From contig NMRA01000389.1 in the NCBI GenBank assembly GCA_002633005.1, forward strand, positions 248,001 to 312,000: a stretch of DNA of 64,000 nucleotides, given 5' to 3'. The DNA comes from Phoronis australis. Its lineage: Eukaryota; Animalia; Phoronida. Shown here piece by piece: positions 1-23,200 of the stretch. A model generated the notes under the pieces. It saw nothing but the letters and a program-made list of their open reading frames with translations. It was not told where the DNA came from and made no database searches. A program made the position numbers and the translations under genes. How positions within the stretch are numbered: the stretch's first letter is position 1; every line of letters starts with the position of its first letter.

Positions 1-440
1 ATACACCCACAGATGCGAAAAAACAAAACTGGCACTATGGGCTCCAAAGTATTCAAACCTGTCGGAAAATTGACGTCAACTTCAGGGTGCTCATCAGGAA
101 CACACCTTGCCAATTTTACAATGACCCTTAGAACAGTTCGTTGGACAGAGCGATGGATACCAAAAACAAGGCACAAAAATTTTCAAAATGCACACAAGGT
201 GGGGTATAATATGTCACATCTGTCTGAAAATGGAAAGGGGTCATTGCCTCCTTAATAGAAACCTATTTACCAAACTTCAAGGATAAGGACTCCAAAGATA
301 CAGAAGCAACCAAAAAAATAAAATTGCCACTAGGAGGCACACCGGTAGTCAGATCGGTTTGAAAATTTGTAGTCATCTGTCACAAACTTCATAGGAACAC
401 ATCTGCCAAATCTCCTAAGATCCTGAAAGGGGTTTTAGAG
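1..440 (+). repeat. Partial copy of the repeat family at 1585-3303
   Basis: Shares blocks such as aaaattgccactaggaggcacaccggtagtcagatc and ggat(a/g)ccaaaaaca with 2040-3130. Confidence 0.7.
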
Positions 441-641
441 ATACAGCACTGAATATGCGAGTGCATAAAACCAGCCCTTTTCTGATGAGCAGCTTTCTTT
501 CCCCATGAAAAACTGATATCCAGTTATGGCATGATTTGAACACATTGTACAGAGCACGTGCGCCCAGAGATTTTGAACACTGCTTGTGAGACTGCCTGCA
601 CTATCTACGACTAAAATAACGAACTTGCAACACACGTGTTA

Positions 642-10902
<10,261 letters not shown>

Positions 10903-13900
10903 TGTGTGAGTGTGGGATGATGTAAACTTTAGCTGTCTTTGATCAAAGTAACTCAGTCACGGAAGTTCTCTTCCTGAAAAATCCAAGATGGTGATGATGA
11001 GCGCGTAGGAATCTCTGACTTCAAATTATGAAAGAATGTATTGAAATGCCAGTCATTTTGAAAGTAACACTGATCTTTTAAAATTAAATTCTAGCTCAAT
11101 TCAACAAATTAAATGGGTAAAATTTGTCAAATCTATGGTTAAAAAGAGAAATGCATGAGAACTATTTTCACACTGAAATTCTACGGGTTGACTTGTGTCG
11201 AAACAGGAGCGACATAACGTCACAACAACTGGAAATACCCTCGGTCACATATCGCATGTCGAGTTCGGTCGGTCACTTATCGAGTTCGGTCGGCTACACA
11301 GTGCATGTGACACATGGCCTTTGCCGCGGAGATATTCAAATAGTGTATGGTCATCTTTTCACAGGCTTCTTGAGCTGAATATCTTAAGAAATAGTCATAA
11401 ATTTCTGTGTTCTTTTTATGGAAGAAAGTGTTTCCAAACCTAAGATCTCGATGAAGTGACAAACGATAACCTTGCGTCATTGTGAAAACCCGACCGTCTC
11501 CCCCCGCAAGCCCATATGTGGCCATTGGACGGGAAGTACGATAGGCCTATTGTATTTTCCCCAACAATCCTGAATATAGACCGACCTGCTATTTGAATAT
11601 CAAGCCACTGAGTTGTTCTGTTTCTTGCATCATTTTTTTTTGCTACTAGACTTGATACGAGACAAAATCATTGACTGACTCTGCCGGGGATGGGCCACTA
11701 GACATCGGTCTTCGGTCGCGTGACACCTCCCGCCGGAAAACGTACCATAGACTATACGAGTATCTATGGAAAAACTGAATACAAAAGGGACACTTAACTA
11801 CCAAACTGCCCTGTTTAACTAGCTAAAAACGAGTTCAAATGATGTTCTTAGACTGGTGAAATCGACCGCGGCCCTTTAGTTCTGAGTCGTACCACAGTGA
11901 AACAAAGCTGAAAGCAAGCGGCGTAGGCCTATCGCTAATCGGCCCGATTTTCGAATTCGCAGCTAGCCGAGTGCTTGGCCACTCCCAAGCGGTGTCTGAT
12001 GATTTCGGAATGTTTTTGTAATGTTGATCGGGCTGTAGTAGACCCTATCTTGCTTGCGGGCTTACTGTGGAATAGCAGCTAGGCCAACGGTGAATAGGCT
12101 AATGAGCAAGGATGACTCACGCGAGACCACTGAGACAGACTCAGTCGTGTACATCGTACATGTGGTAGTCCGAATAGTAAGATTCTGGTCTCAGATTTTT
12201 TCATATTTTTCTATATGCAATCACACTTTGGTGTCAGTCACCGTGGCCGGTCGCTGGCCTACCGAAACCTGACAACAGATCGACCGCCGCAGGTACAAAT
12301 TTGTCAATACGTGCAAAAAGCGGACTTCAAATTAGCATGCCTTGAGTGGTACAGTCCAAATATTTAAATAATAGAAAAACACACACTACAGTACGATTCA
12401 AGTGCAGCGCTACACTTGCTTTATACGCTTAGTATGAGTGAGTTTTTTGTTCTAAGAATGCCCACAATGCATTTTGCTTTATGGCTCGATCAGTTCACCC
12501 ATCAGTCAGTGAGTACTGAGGCTTGGATCTGTCTGACTTATTTCACAAATACTGATAACCTGCTTCAAAATGTTGCTGTCAGCCGGGTCGCTTAAGACGC
12601 ACTGCGCCTGTGGCTTGAGTTTTGAGTCAGTGGAAAAGGAATCCCGCTATCACCGTTTGTAGGTCTAACCCTAATTCGATTTTCTTATCTAGAGACCCGA
12701 TATATTACTCCCAGGTTTTTACTGAGCCAGCTAATAGGGCTAATTGCGAAAGTTACATTAACGCCGAGAAAAGTGTTTTTCCGAGATCAGCCCCAGCTCG
12801 TACTGAGTAGTAGGGCTCGGCATAATCTCCACGATCAGGTAGCGAGCCCTGACTCTTCAGTATCAGTGCATTCCCCGAACATGCACAGTGCCCTGTGCAC
12901 TTTTTACAAAAATATACGCCCGCTAATGTATCACTAAAGCAAGAAAACGCTTCAGATTTTATTGGCGTTGGCTAACTCCAAAGTACAAATTCGAAAATGG
13001 CACATGTGGACCTATTGTCTGACTTGAGTTGAATCACGGCTTTTTCGGCACCATGGCAAAATCGGGCGAGCCTAGTGGTAATGTTTTTGAACCTCAAAGC
13101 GCTTCTGTCAGTAAAGAATTTACACACTGATAGCTAAATGCCGTGTTTGTTTGTACTGCAGTGATATGTAATGTCCCCGACCTAGGCTTACTGCACACGG
13201 TTAGAAATTCAACGTCTATAATTCAAGAAATATTCAGTGTGTCAAAATGTATGCGATTTCAAACCTAACGTTACTAAACTGGAAAGTAGTGTCTAGTTGA
13301 AACGAGTTTTGTTCCGTCAAGATGACGTCATTTGTTGCCACATGAAAAATATGAGACAAGGCCATACTTTGATAAAACTTTCAATCAAAATGTTTCTCTT
13401 TATTAATTGATTCACTAATATTCGATGAGTATCTCTCACCTAACAAGGTGGACTACACGCGGGTATCATAAGTTTTGATGAAACACAAAGGTGTTACATA
13501 CCACTGACTTCATGGTATTATTTGTGTGGTGTGGATGCACTGAATAAACTGAAGGATTGAATTTCACTCAAAATGTTACTTAAATGCTAAGAAGTATTCA
13601 ACTAAACACCAATTTCTTACCTTCAATGTTATCATTAATGCAAATAAAAATGGTTCATTCCTAAACAAATGGTTTTTTAAATAATAATATTCCAGTTTTA
13701 TAGGACCATGTGGCACAGACACCAATAGCCACGCAGAACGTAAATATGTTCCCGCAGTTTGCATCGGCGATAAAAAAATAAAGGAATTTTATTTTTAAAT
13801 ATTTCCACGGTTTTGGATCCATCTGAAATCCAACATCAGTTGAGCCGACTGTTCTCACTATATAAACGCACAGGACAAATTTCATGAAGATTTATCGAAG

Positions 13901-15339
13901 AACTAGATAGATAATAGGGCAGAGTCAATACTGGGACGCAACACAGTAGGTGGTGACACTGACCGCAGACAATAAGTTGGAAGTTTTAAAATAAACAAAT
14001 TTCTTTTCCCATTTCAGATTATTTTCATGTGTCATTTCACTTTCATCATTGATTGCTTAATAAATCATTCAACAAACTTCAAGTGGGTATTAACTGGATC
14101 GTTAGAAGAGCAGTGCGTGAGAAAAGGACTAATACCGACGGTGTCAGTAAGAATGCCACCAGAGGTCGCAATAGTTTACATAATCTCGATCACGTAAACC
14201 AGGGAAGCTCACGCTCAAGACTAACAGGAAAGATAACCGGATTATACAGATTATATTTTTAAAATTTTAAGAGTTGATAGAACAAATATGACTGGAATTT
14301 CGTACATTGAGGTAAGGTGATATTGAACCCTTCAGCGTACGGCGAACATGAATGTGAATAGTCCCTTCTCAAAATTTGATGGACAAAGTCCGATTGGGGA
14401 ATGATCACTTCCCACTCTAGTCTAGGCCTACTGTCTCTAGACAGTGTCACCGTCTCTAGCTGGCTCAGTAGAGACGGTGTAGCTCCTATAGGCGCTTCAT
14501 ACGCCGGAAGCTTTTCGGTGAATTATGCCTCACACCGACTAAGACACCAAAGTCACGTTGTAATAAATACCTTATTATGCGCATAGAGCCATAGGAGGCT
14601 GTCGATGTATAACTTTATGTTTCTTCCAACTCAACAAATATTCTCCTGTATTCAAACTTTTTTTCGAGCAGTCCATCATTCAGTTGCCCAAATCGGCAAC
14701 TGGCTATTTTTAACATTGGGCATGCCAGAAGATATGACATCGTAGCCCCTCGCGCGTGCAGAGGATTAACCAACGCAGATCATAATTACTAGTATCGAGT
14801 ACCGTGGTTTATTCTTTTAGTATACAACTAAACTACATTATGACTAATAGAAACAACACGCAGTGACCAAATTAGATGTCAATAACTTTTAAGACCGTGC
14901 TTATGGCCCAGTCATGTTGAACTACTTTATTTGAGGAGTATAGTGCACAAATGGGAAAACTGATATTCAGTAATCAGCTGGCAATGAAATTCGTGCCATG
15001 AAGATTAACTATGGCTAGCTTCAGAGTCAATGAGAAAATCCAAATGCTAATAACAGATGAGGTGGGTTGGTGGCAAGAGCTGACTTCTAAGTTTCACTGA
15101 AGATCAAAATCTGCCTCTGTTTGGGCATTTCAAGCTTAAAAATATAGTCAAAAGATAGCAATCTCTGACATGTTAGCCATATGAAAAGGGGGAACTAACA
15201 TGGACCTGATCAAATTAAATTTATTGTTAATTGGGTCAAGCATTTTAATACAGAGGACAAAGCAAGTTGGAGGATATATCCGAGACATCTTTTCAATCGT
15301 GTTGGCCGTTTCCTCATTTTTTCATCCATTCCATCTGTT

Positions 15340-16292
15340 TCACTTTTTTAAGTTTCCATAATACATTCTAGCTTGTTCATATAGAGTTCGGCAAATGTTT
15401 TCTCTCAGTGTTCCAATACTGAATCTAAAATTAATCAATTTTTGCCTGACGACAGCTCTCATTTCCCTACACTCAGTGTCAAACCTAATGGGAAAACTAA
15501 CTGGGTTATAAGATATGTTCACTTTTGGTTTTAACATGTCTGCAGCACATAATTTAATGGCTTCCATTAAACTTTCTATGGTCGAGGGTAAATGACTACG
15601 TCAGCGAGCAACTGATCCACCTCCGGACTCGACCAGTTTTCTGCATATCTCAACCCCTCGTTCCATTTATAAACATTTTCATTCTGTTCACCTCGAGCCC
15701 AGTTGTTTTGCTGCGTCTTACACATACTAAAAATCAATGAAAAGTGTGCAGTCGATTCACATATTTCACCAATTTCAAAACCGTCCACACAGTACAATAA
15801 ATCATTGCTCATCATGACATAATCAACAACACTAGATCCATTATAAGTTACACATGTTACACTACCAATGTCTGCATCTTTCCCTACTCTTCCATTCAGA
15901 ATTCTTATCTCATTTCTTTGACAAAAATCTAATAATTCTGTACCAAACTCATTTACCTCACCATTATCTTGTGAGGTCCTACAACACAGACGATCTTCTA
16001 CATAACCAACACAATCAAAAATAGCACTGGATTCACCCATATACTTAATACTGTCATCTGCAATAAAGTCTGGCCTGTTACGCGTACGAGCATTAAAATC
16101 GCCCATAATTAAAAGGTGACAATCCCCTCTCATTTCAGCAGTATAACCTTGCACCTCCCGCTCAAGTATTTTCATTATTTCCAAATTTTTACTTGAACTT
16201 TTTGGAGACTGATACACAACTGCAACTAAAACAGGATACAGATAATCGGGTAGGTCAATTTTTACCCATAAAACGTCACACGAATAGACCAC
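15340..16292 (-). mobile_element. LINE fragment: apurinic-like endonuclease (EEP) domain, disrupted
   Basis: ORF 15576-16292 has VAVVYQSP, LLIMGDFNART, NEFGTELLDFC, RILNGR and GSSVVDYVMMS motifs; continues frameshifted into 15340-15567. Confidence 0.88.
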
Positions 16293-17074
16293 GGGAAAAC
16301 GAGCACCAATAGCGGACGACTCTTCAGCCTAAACACAATGGAGGACTACTAATGTTATGATAGGTTTTGTCCCGGTTCTACATAATATGTATCGACCAAT
16401 AAATGCTCGTAACTCAAGATCAGCTGATTAACATATCGTCGGATAGTGTTTGCAGGTGTTCTAATTTGACAGCTAATCGAGTGGTGGGGTTGTTTTGGTG
16501 TCTGTGATATGAAATTGGTGGTTTTAAGCACTGGCAGTAACTACATGTTGACTGTAGAAACCAAGTCCAAGCATGAAGTTCATTTTAGCAATTGATTTTG
16601 TAGAAACTTTTATCCTCTATATAAACATGTTCAACTTATCTCAATTGTTGTCAAGGAGTTATTTTTTGTAATTAATTCTCCAGCTGTAAATTGCGACAAA
16701 AGTGGGTCATTTGTAAGTCAAGTCCTTGAGGCACCACAAGAGACTTAAAATTATCTGGATCAAAGCATAACATGTAGAAAGAATGGATGTATTGCTCTAT
16801 AATTAGGAACTTGTAGTAAATTACACATCAGCTTTTGAGTGACTCAGTTCTTCACGTCAAAGAATGTTGGCCTAGATGATCATAAAGTGTCCTCAACATT
16901 TCTCCATTTCCACTAGACATTATGTGTATTGAAGAAAGTAGAGTAATCCACAACTTTCTTGTTCTACGACTGTTCTGACCTGTGACTGTCAGGACCTGCA
17001 AATGTTTAGTTGCTCACAAGTTGTACCTGACAATAACACGAGGTAACATCAGGTGTTTTATCCTTATTTTTCAG

Positions 17075-17219
17075 AATGTTACAATGTCAGGTCTGGAAAT
17101 AGTGAGGTTACAAGTGAATCATCTTTGTGCGGACCTGGAGTCATGGCAGACTATTCTGTGTTCTGTTTTACTGACACTGTTCTTTGTGTGGCTGTATGGG
17201 TTTCTGTGGCAGAAGGAAG
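17075..17219 (+). CDS. SGPL1: SGPL1 exon (TM anchor)
   Basis: tttcag|[48 protein letters not shown]|gtaagt. Confidence 0.88.
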
Positions 17220-20200
17220 GTAAGTTTTGAACAGGATATTGTTGTCTTGGCAACGCCTCCTTGAAATAAGAGGTCATTACAAAGAAATTTGGTAGGCTGT
17301 GCTTCAGCGACAATTTTTGGAGTTGAGCTGGTTTTGCAGCAACTGTGAATTCATTCCGGTGTCAGATGTCAATACTTGACTCAAGTGGCAATGAGACGCC
17401 AGGATAAAAGGGCACCAATCGCTCATCTGCACGAGCATCAAATTTTCCACAAACCACTGAATGATCCACCTGAACCACTGAATGATCCACCTGAACCACT
17501 GAATGATCCACCTGAACCACTGAATGATCCACCTGAACCACTGAATGATCCACCTGAACCACTGAATGATCCACCTGGACCACTGAATGATCAACCTGGA
17601 CCACTGAATGATCCACCTGGACCACTGAATGATCCACCTGGACCACTGAATGATCCACCTGGACCACTGAATGATCCACCTGGACCACTGAATGATCCAC
17701 CTGAATCACTGAATGATCCACCTGAACCACTGAATGATCCACCTTAACCACGGAATGATCCACCTGAACCACGGAATGATCCACCTGAACCACGGAATGA
17801 TCCACCTAAACTAGTGAATTGATCATACAAATCACATTCTGTGATAACAAATTCGATGACAAGTGTTTATTTGCAAGAAATTCCTGTTTATTCAAGCAAT
17901 TTTTGCCAATCTTACACGATTTTTTGTGGGTGTGCATGATTTTGCAGTGCGAACATACAGTTTTAGTTTGTAACTAGGATTTAGTGATTTATGCTGGTGA
18001 TTTGAATGTCTTGATACCCTTGGTATTGTCTTGTCAATGATGTCCCTGTACTTGTATCACCCACTGTAGGTTTTGCATTTCTCCAGGGAGTGGATTTGGA
18101 CATAGCATCGAGCAGATCTGTATCCTGTCTCTTTATTTTAATAACTTTCATGGGGTCGGCAAGTATTTAAACATTGAAACGACCAGAGCATTAGCTGTCA
18201 AATACTAATCTATGATGCAAATTCAATGAGAAACAAAGCCATTTGAAGGCACCCATGGGTAATCTTGTACAGATGGCTCACATTTGCAAATTGACAGTTA
18301 TGCTGTATCAAGTCCTTACCCATTATGTCTGATGCAAGCAGAAATCTGTCTGTCACTCACAAATGACATGCACCTATATATAATTTTTCAGCTGCTTTGC
18401 ACAAAAATTGACGAATTGTTCATCTTCTGATTTTCAAAATTCCGACTGCCATGTTATGAATAATAAATTTTACTTGTTATTTTGTGACTGTTGCACAGTT
18501 TGAACACACTGACAACTGAATGAAATCTTCTCAGTGATCATCTTTTCCACCAACCAATGTTCAACGTACAAGTTGTTGCTCGCTTCTATACTGAACCTGG
18601 TGTTTCGTTTAAGTGAACGCTTTAAATTTTTTGTTAATCTGAGAGCATTGCTTTTTGCATATTATGTACGATCGACATTAGTCACAGGAGTCTCACATTT
18701 TGAGAACCAGTTTGGTGCTTGTTATTCAGTGGAGAATCTGGTTCTCAAAATGTGGGACCCCTATAGGTGACTATTATCGTTTAATCTGTCATTGCATTGA
18801 AGTGTCAGATGCTGTACAACAATACAATTCTTGCGCTTTGTTGAAAAACCATCCTTCACTTCACATTAAGTACCTTCGGTAATGTTAGGATATCTGTGAG
18901 AGGAAACAACATGGCCGCTGCACTCATGAACACAGTTGCTTACTTATTAGCACTTACATGTCTGTTTATTTGAGCTCACTGACTTAAAAACTGGGTGCTG
19001 GATTCAAAACATGGTTGCGCACACAAAAACAGAGTTCACCGACTCACTAAGTCATCCCTAGATTCACATACACATTGTACTAAGTTCATGTCCATGTATG
19101 ATCATGTGAGGTTGTCAGCCTGAGTGAGTTATTTCTGTGAGTTGGGTGTAATGGTTTTGGGTGCGTAAGCTGTGTTTTGCGAGTGTGGCACTGTGTTTGG
19201 TGGTTGGTGAACTTTGTTGGTTAGTTGGTGAATTGAGTTTACAGGGCCCTGGAGTCGAGTTTGTAATTAGTACAACAGCCGAGTTGTTTTGAACAATGAT
19301 TTCAGGTTGAATGCAGGTGTTTTAGCTATGCTCAAAAGTCATGGTCAGCAACTTAGTATGTGGACTGTGACATCTAAATCATTGTTCTGTTCGACAATAG
19401 CGTAAGGAAGTTTTTCTCATAACCACACTGTTTTTTGTCAGTCATCAGACATTTAAGACAACTACGTTCACATATAGAGTACTGTGCAGTAATGCATGCA
19501 GCAAAAGCAGCCAGGGCCCTGGGTTGACGCTACGAATTCGTACTTGACTCATATTCAAGACTGAAACTTAAATAGTCAAGCTACGTGGTTAAAGTACAAA
19601 TCCTAAGTTTACTCGAACCGTGCCATGCAATTGGACACATTTCGAGGTGAGTTTCAAGTACAGACATTAGATCTCAGAGCCCGGGCACCAAGAAATCTCT
19701 CAGCTGAATAAACTGATCAACAAAAGCTGTAACCAATATACTCGTTCTTGTCATTATAGATGTTTTCACACGGGCGAAGAAGTGGTTTTTCAAAACTGTT
19801 AAAACCTTGCCAATTATTAAAGGCAAAATTCAAGCAGAAGTGGATAAATTAGCGTACGAGGTTGAAAGCGACATGCTGAAGGGTTCAACCAAGTTTGTGC
19901 AACGCTTACCGCAGCGTGGACTTTCAGAAGTAAGAGTTTGTGTTGAGTGCATTTCTGACTATTCAAGTGGATGTACGGTAAAGTCTTAACAACTCTAGAC
20001 ACAATATGCCTGACTAGTGGAATTGTATTCATCATTTTTTCAAGTATCACAAATGAATGCTGTGTTATGTTTAAAGATATGTGCCATAGCTACCATCAGG
20101 TAATGGTTCTTAGAACTTGTGGGCATTCATAGCAGCGTTAGATGCCTTTGCAAAATGAAAAAGGCCAATTTTGACAATTATTTTTATCTATAGTTGGTGA

Positions 20201-23200
20201 GATTTTACCGATCACTTAAAATTCTTCAAGTTGGAACCATAGCAGTTAATAAAATTTAAAGTTTTGAAAATTTCACATGCTGATGTATACACCACTGCAA
20301 AACTAAAAAAATCCTATGGTTTGGTGACAGATGAATTGTATTAATAACGAAGTAAAAGTTTCATGAAATTCTTTTTGTTGTGCTTGTTGTGTGTGAAATT
20401 ACAGTTGTGTGCCAGATTGTGCCCTACACTGGAGACATTTTACCATACGTCCATTGGCTGTTTTTGTTGTTTGTTTCTTACCTAGTCTGAATGAGGTAGA
20501 GGACTTGAGTTTCTTGTACTTGGAAGGAGTTGTTCGTACAATAAAGTAATTGTTCATACAATAAGTCTCAAAAGTCTCAACAATTTGTAGGCTTTACAGC
20601 AGGTGTTTTCATCCCCTATTTTTCGATTATTTGCTAGCTACAGCCAGAATTGCCATGGTGACATTGACAAATCCACTTGTAATAATCAATTACCATAGGT
20701 ATAATCATTTTATCTATTGCAGCAACTTCATATTGAAAAATCTCTAAAAGGCTTTTGTAAAAAAAACAGGTGTTCAAAAAACGAACTGCGCGTGACTACG
20801 TTGCAAACGATTTTCTATATTGATTTGCTTAAGAATTTCTTGCTCTAAGGTTATCTAGGACCCTAGAAAAGTCTCCGAATATGTGTATCTTTGGAATGTC
20901 ATAATGCAGAAATGGCTCATTGGATTCATATGAAACTTTCAGAGTTTCGGATTCTATGCTGTGTGGGCTGTTCTTCAAAACATTCTTTGGAATTGTTTTT
21001 AAAATGTTCTACTTTTGCATGAATGGCTATCAAAAATAGGACTTTTAAGATTGTTAAGAAAAAAATCAAAAGTTTCACGAATCAGAAACTGGCTATTTTA
21101 GAAAACTGTAACAACATTTTTTGAGATTTTATCTTAAACGTTTATATGGTACAAAATCTGGTATCATTGTTTTGCTGTGTGACTGTACCATCCTTTGCTA
21201 AATTTTACAAGGTCACGCAACACAATTGATGCCATGTTGGTAAGAAGTCAAAACTCTAATTCCAGAGGCTATTTGTTTTCAGAAAATATTTACTTTTATC
21301 AATATAAAGTTTATCGTTTTTACAGTTTTGTTTATCTCTATTTTGCTAAATACACTGGCTTGTCAGATAAGTCCTCCATAACTTTGTATAAAGCAATTAG
21401 TGACCAGACTTGGCCTGATTATGCCTAATTCTCTGTTGAGAAATTTATGTCCAGTGAGTTTGTCTACAGTGCACCAGAGAGTGAACTCTGCTTCCAAATT
21501 CAGAGTGTTCTGTCTAACTATCAACGTGTGTGTTAATGTCCTACTTCAAATGGTCTTAATGTATGGCTATTAGTATTGTTTGTTTCCTTAAATGTTAAGT
21601 TGGATTGCTAGAATTGGGTGTTGTGGAGATTAAAATGTGCTATATTACGCTTTTGGGCTGAAAGTATGTTAAAAGTGAATTTCTTTGAATTTTGTTTGGA
21701 TTTATGTTGTAGAAAGCTTTGATGGCTGAGATCCAACAATACAGTAATATGTGCAGCTATGACTGGACCTCTGGAATGTGTTCAGGAACTGTATACAGTG
21801 GGGATCCAGAGCTTACCTCACTAATGACCAAGGTTTGGTTGTCTTCTGAGCGCATTTTTATTCAATACCTTCATTATGTAGTGTGTTTCAAATTTATCCA
21901 ATGTGAAATTGGTAATCAGTTGACATCTTTTCTGATATGGAAGCTAAAAAAATTGTATGGGTTGATCTAGTTTACACTTCAAGTGATCGGGATGCTAATA
22001 AATCACCTGTAGTTTCAAGAATGCATCATTAATTTGAGTAAAAAAATGAAGTCAATATAATTGTTGTGAGGGTTTAAGGGCTGTGGGCAGATAACAATGA
22101 TTAGGTTGACTTGCGACCGTGTCTTCTTGTTCTTTAATGGGGCTAGCAGCTCTGTTAATGGCTGTCTCCTTCAGAGTTGAAACTAAGGTAAGGAGTTGTG
22201 AGAATGAGTTTGCAGCCGGAACTTTCACATTAATTACGATTTGTAAATCTGAAATTTCATGTCCTTCAAATTTAAGAACAGAAAAGGATAGCTCAGTGAG
22301 TGTTAGAATTATGCTGTTAAACACAATGTGAGTTTATTTTCCAAAGGTTTACGGAATGTATGCTTGGAGTAACCCCTTACATGCCGATGTTTTCCCGGAC
22401 GTACGTCAGATGGAGGCTGAAGTCGTTCGCATGTGTTGCAGTATGTTCAACGGTGGACCAAATAGCTGTGGAACGGTAGGTTTATGTTTACAGTGCCCTT
22501 GAGCACAATGGCGGATTTGAAATAAAAAGTTACTGCATTCTCCCTAGTCCAGTGCCCATACCATAAAAGCACCCTTTAAGACTTCAGTGAGTGAACAAGA
22601 CAAACACTAGTCTCAGACCTGCAAAGAACGTAGTCTCTGACATGTTGGAATTCTGTGACAACACTTGCTTGCCTGAAATTCTGTGACATTTTGTGACATT
22701 TAGAGAATTCTGTAACAAAATGTGAGCCAAGTAGCTAGTGTTGGTGTTTTGTTTGGTTTACAGTTATTTTATGCAAATTGTGAAATTGTGGAATTCATCA
22801 TTATCACTGACAAATATTGTCCCTGACACATGTGACAAAAGCAAAGTTGTTTTTGTCTTATACGTGCAAAAAGCACCAAAAAATGTGATAATTGAGACTA
22901 CCCGCTGTGACAAATTGTTACTTGCCATTAAACGTGAATCCGCTCATATACCCTATCTGAACTTGCTCTTTGAACAGTATTGGAGAAGCGCCTCATTCAA
23001 CCATATTTGCTAAGCATCCTTATTACTTATGAAAAAGTACAGTAAATGCAATATTTATTTTAGCTTATATGTATCATTTGCAAGTGTCTTTTCTGAACTC
23101 AAAAACAGTGGGTGCTGAATAATAAGGAGGCTAAACTTTCCTTCCAGTTTTTGTGTTAGATGTATCTTGTTTGTTTTGTAGCATTAGTTTGTTGGGAAAT

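Noticed and set aside
11100-14800. Possible extra gene in the CpG-richer spacer between UBE2D and SGPL1
   Set aside because: Only short unrecognisable ORFs, small hairpins and repeat-like pieces; no phase-consistent exon chain could be built
17304-17805. ORFs of PLNDPPE, VDHSVVQ and WIIQWFR repeats; CRISPR-like look
   Set aside because: Pure 21-bp tandem repeat with no spacers, inside an intron; the ORFs are by-products
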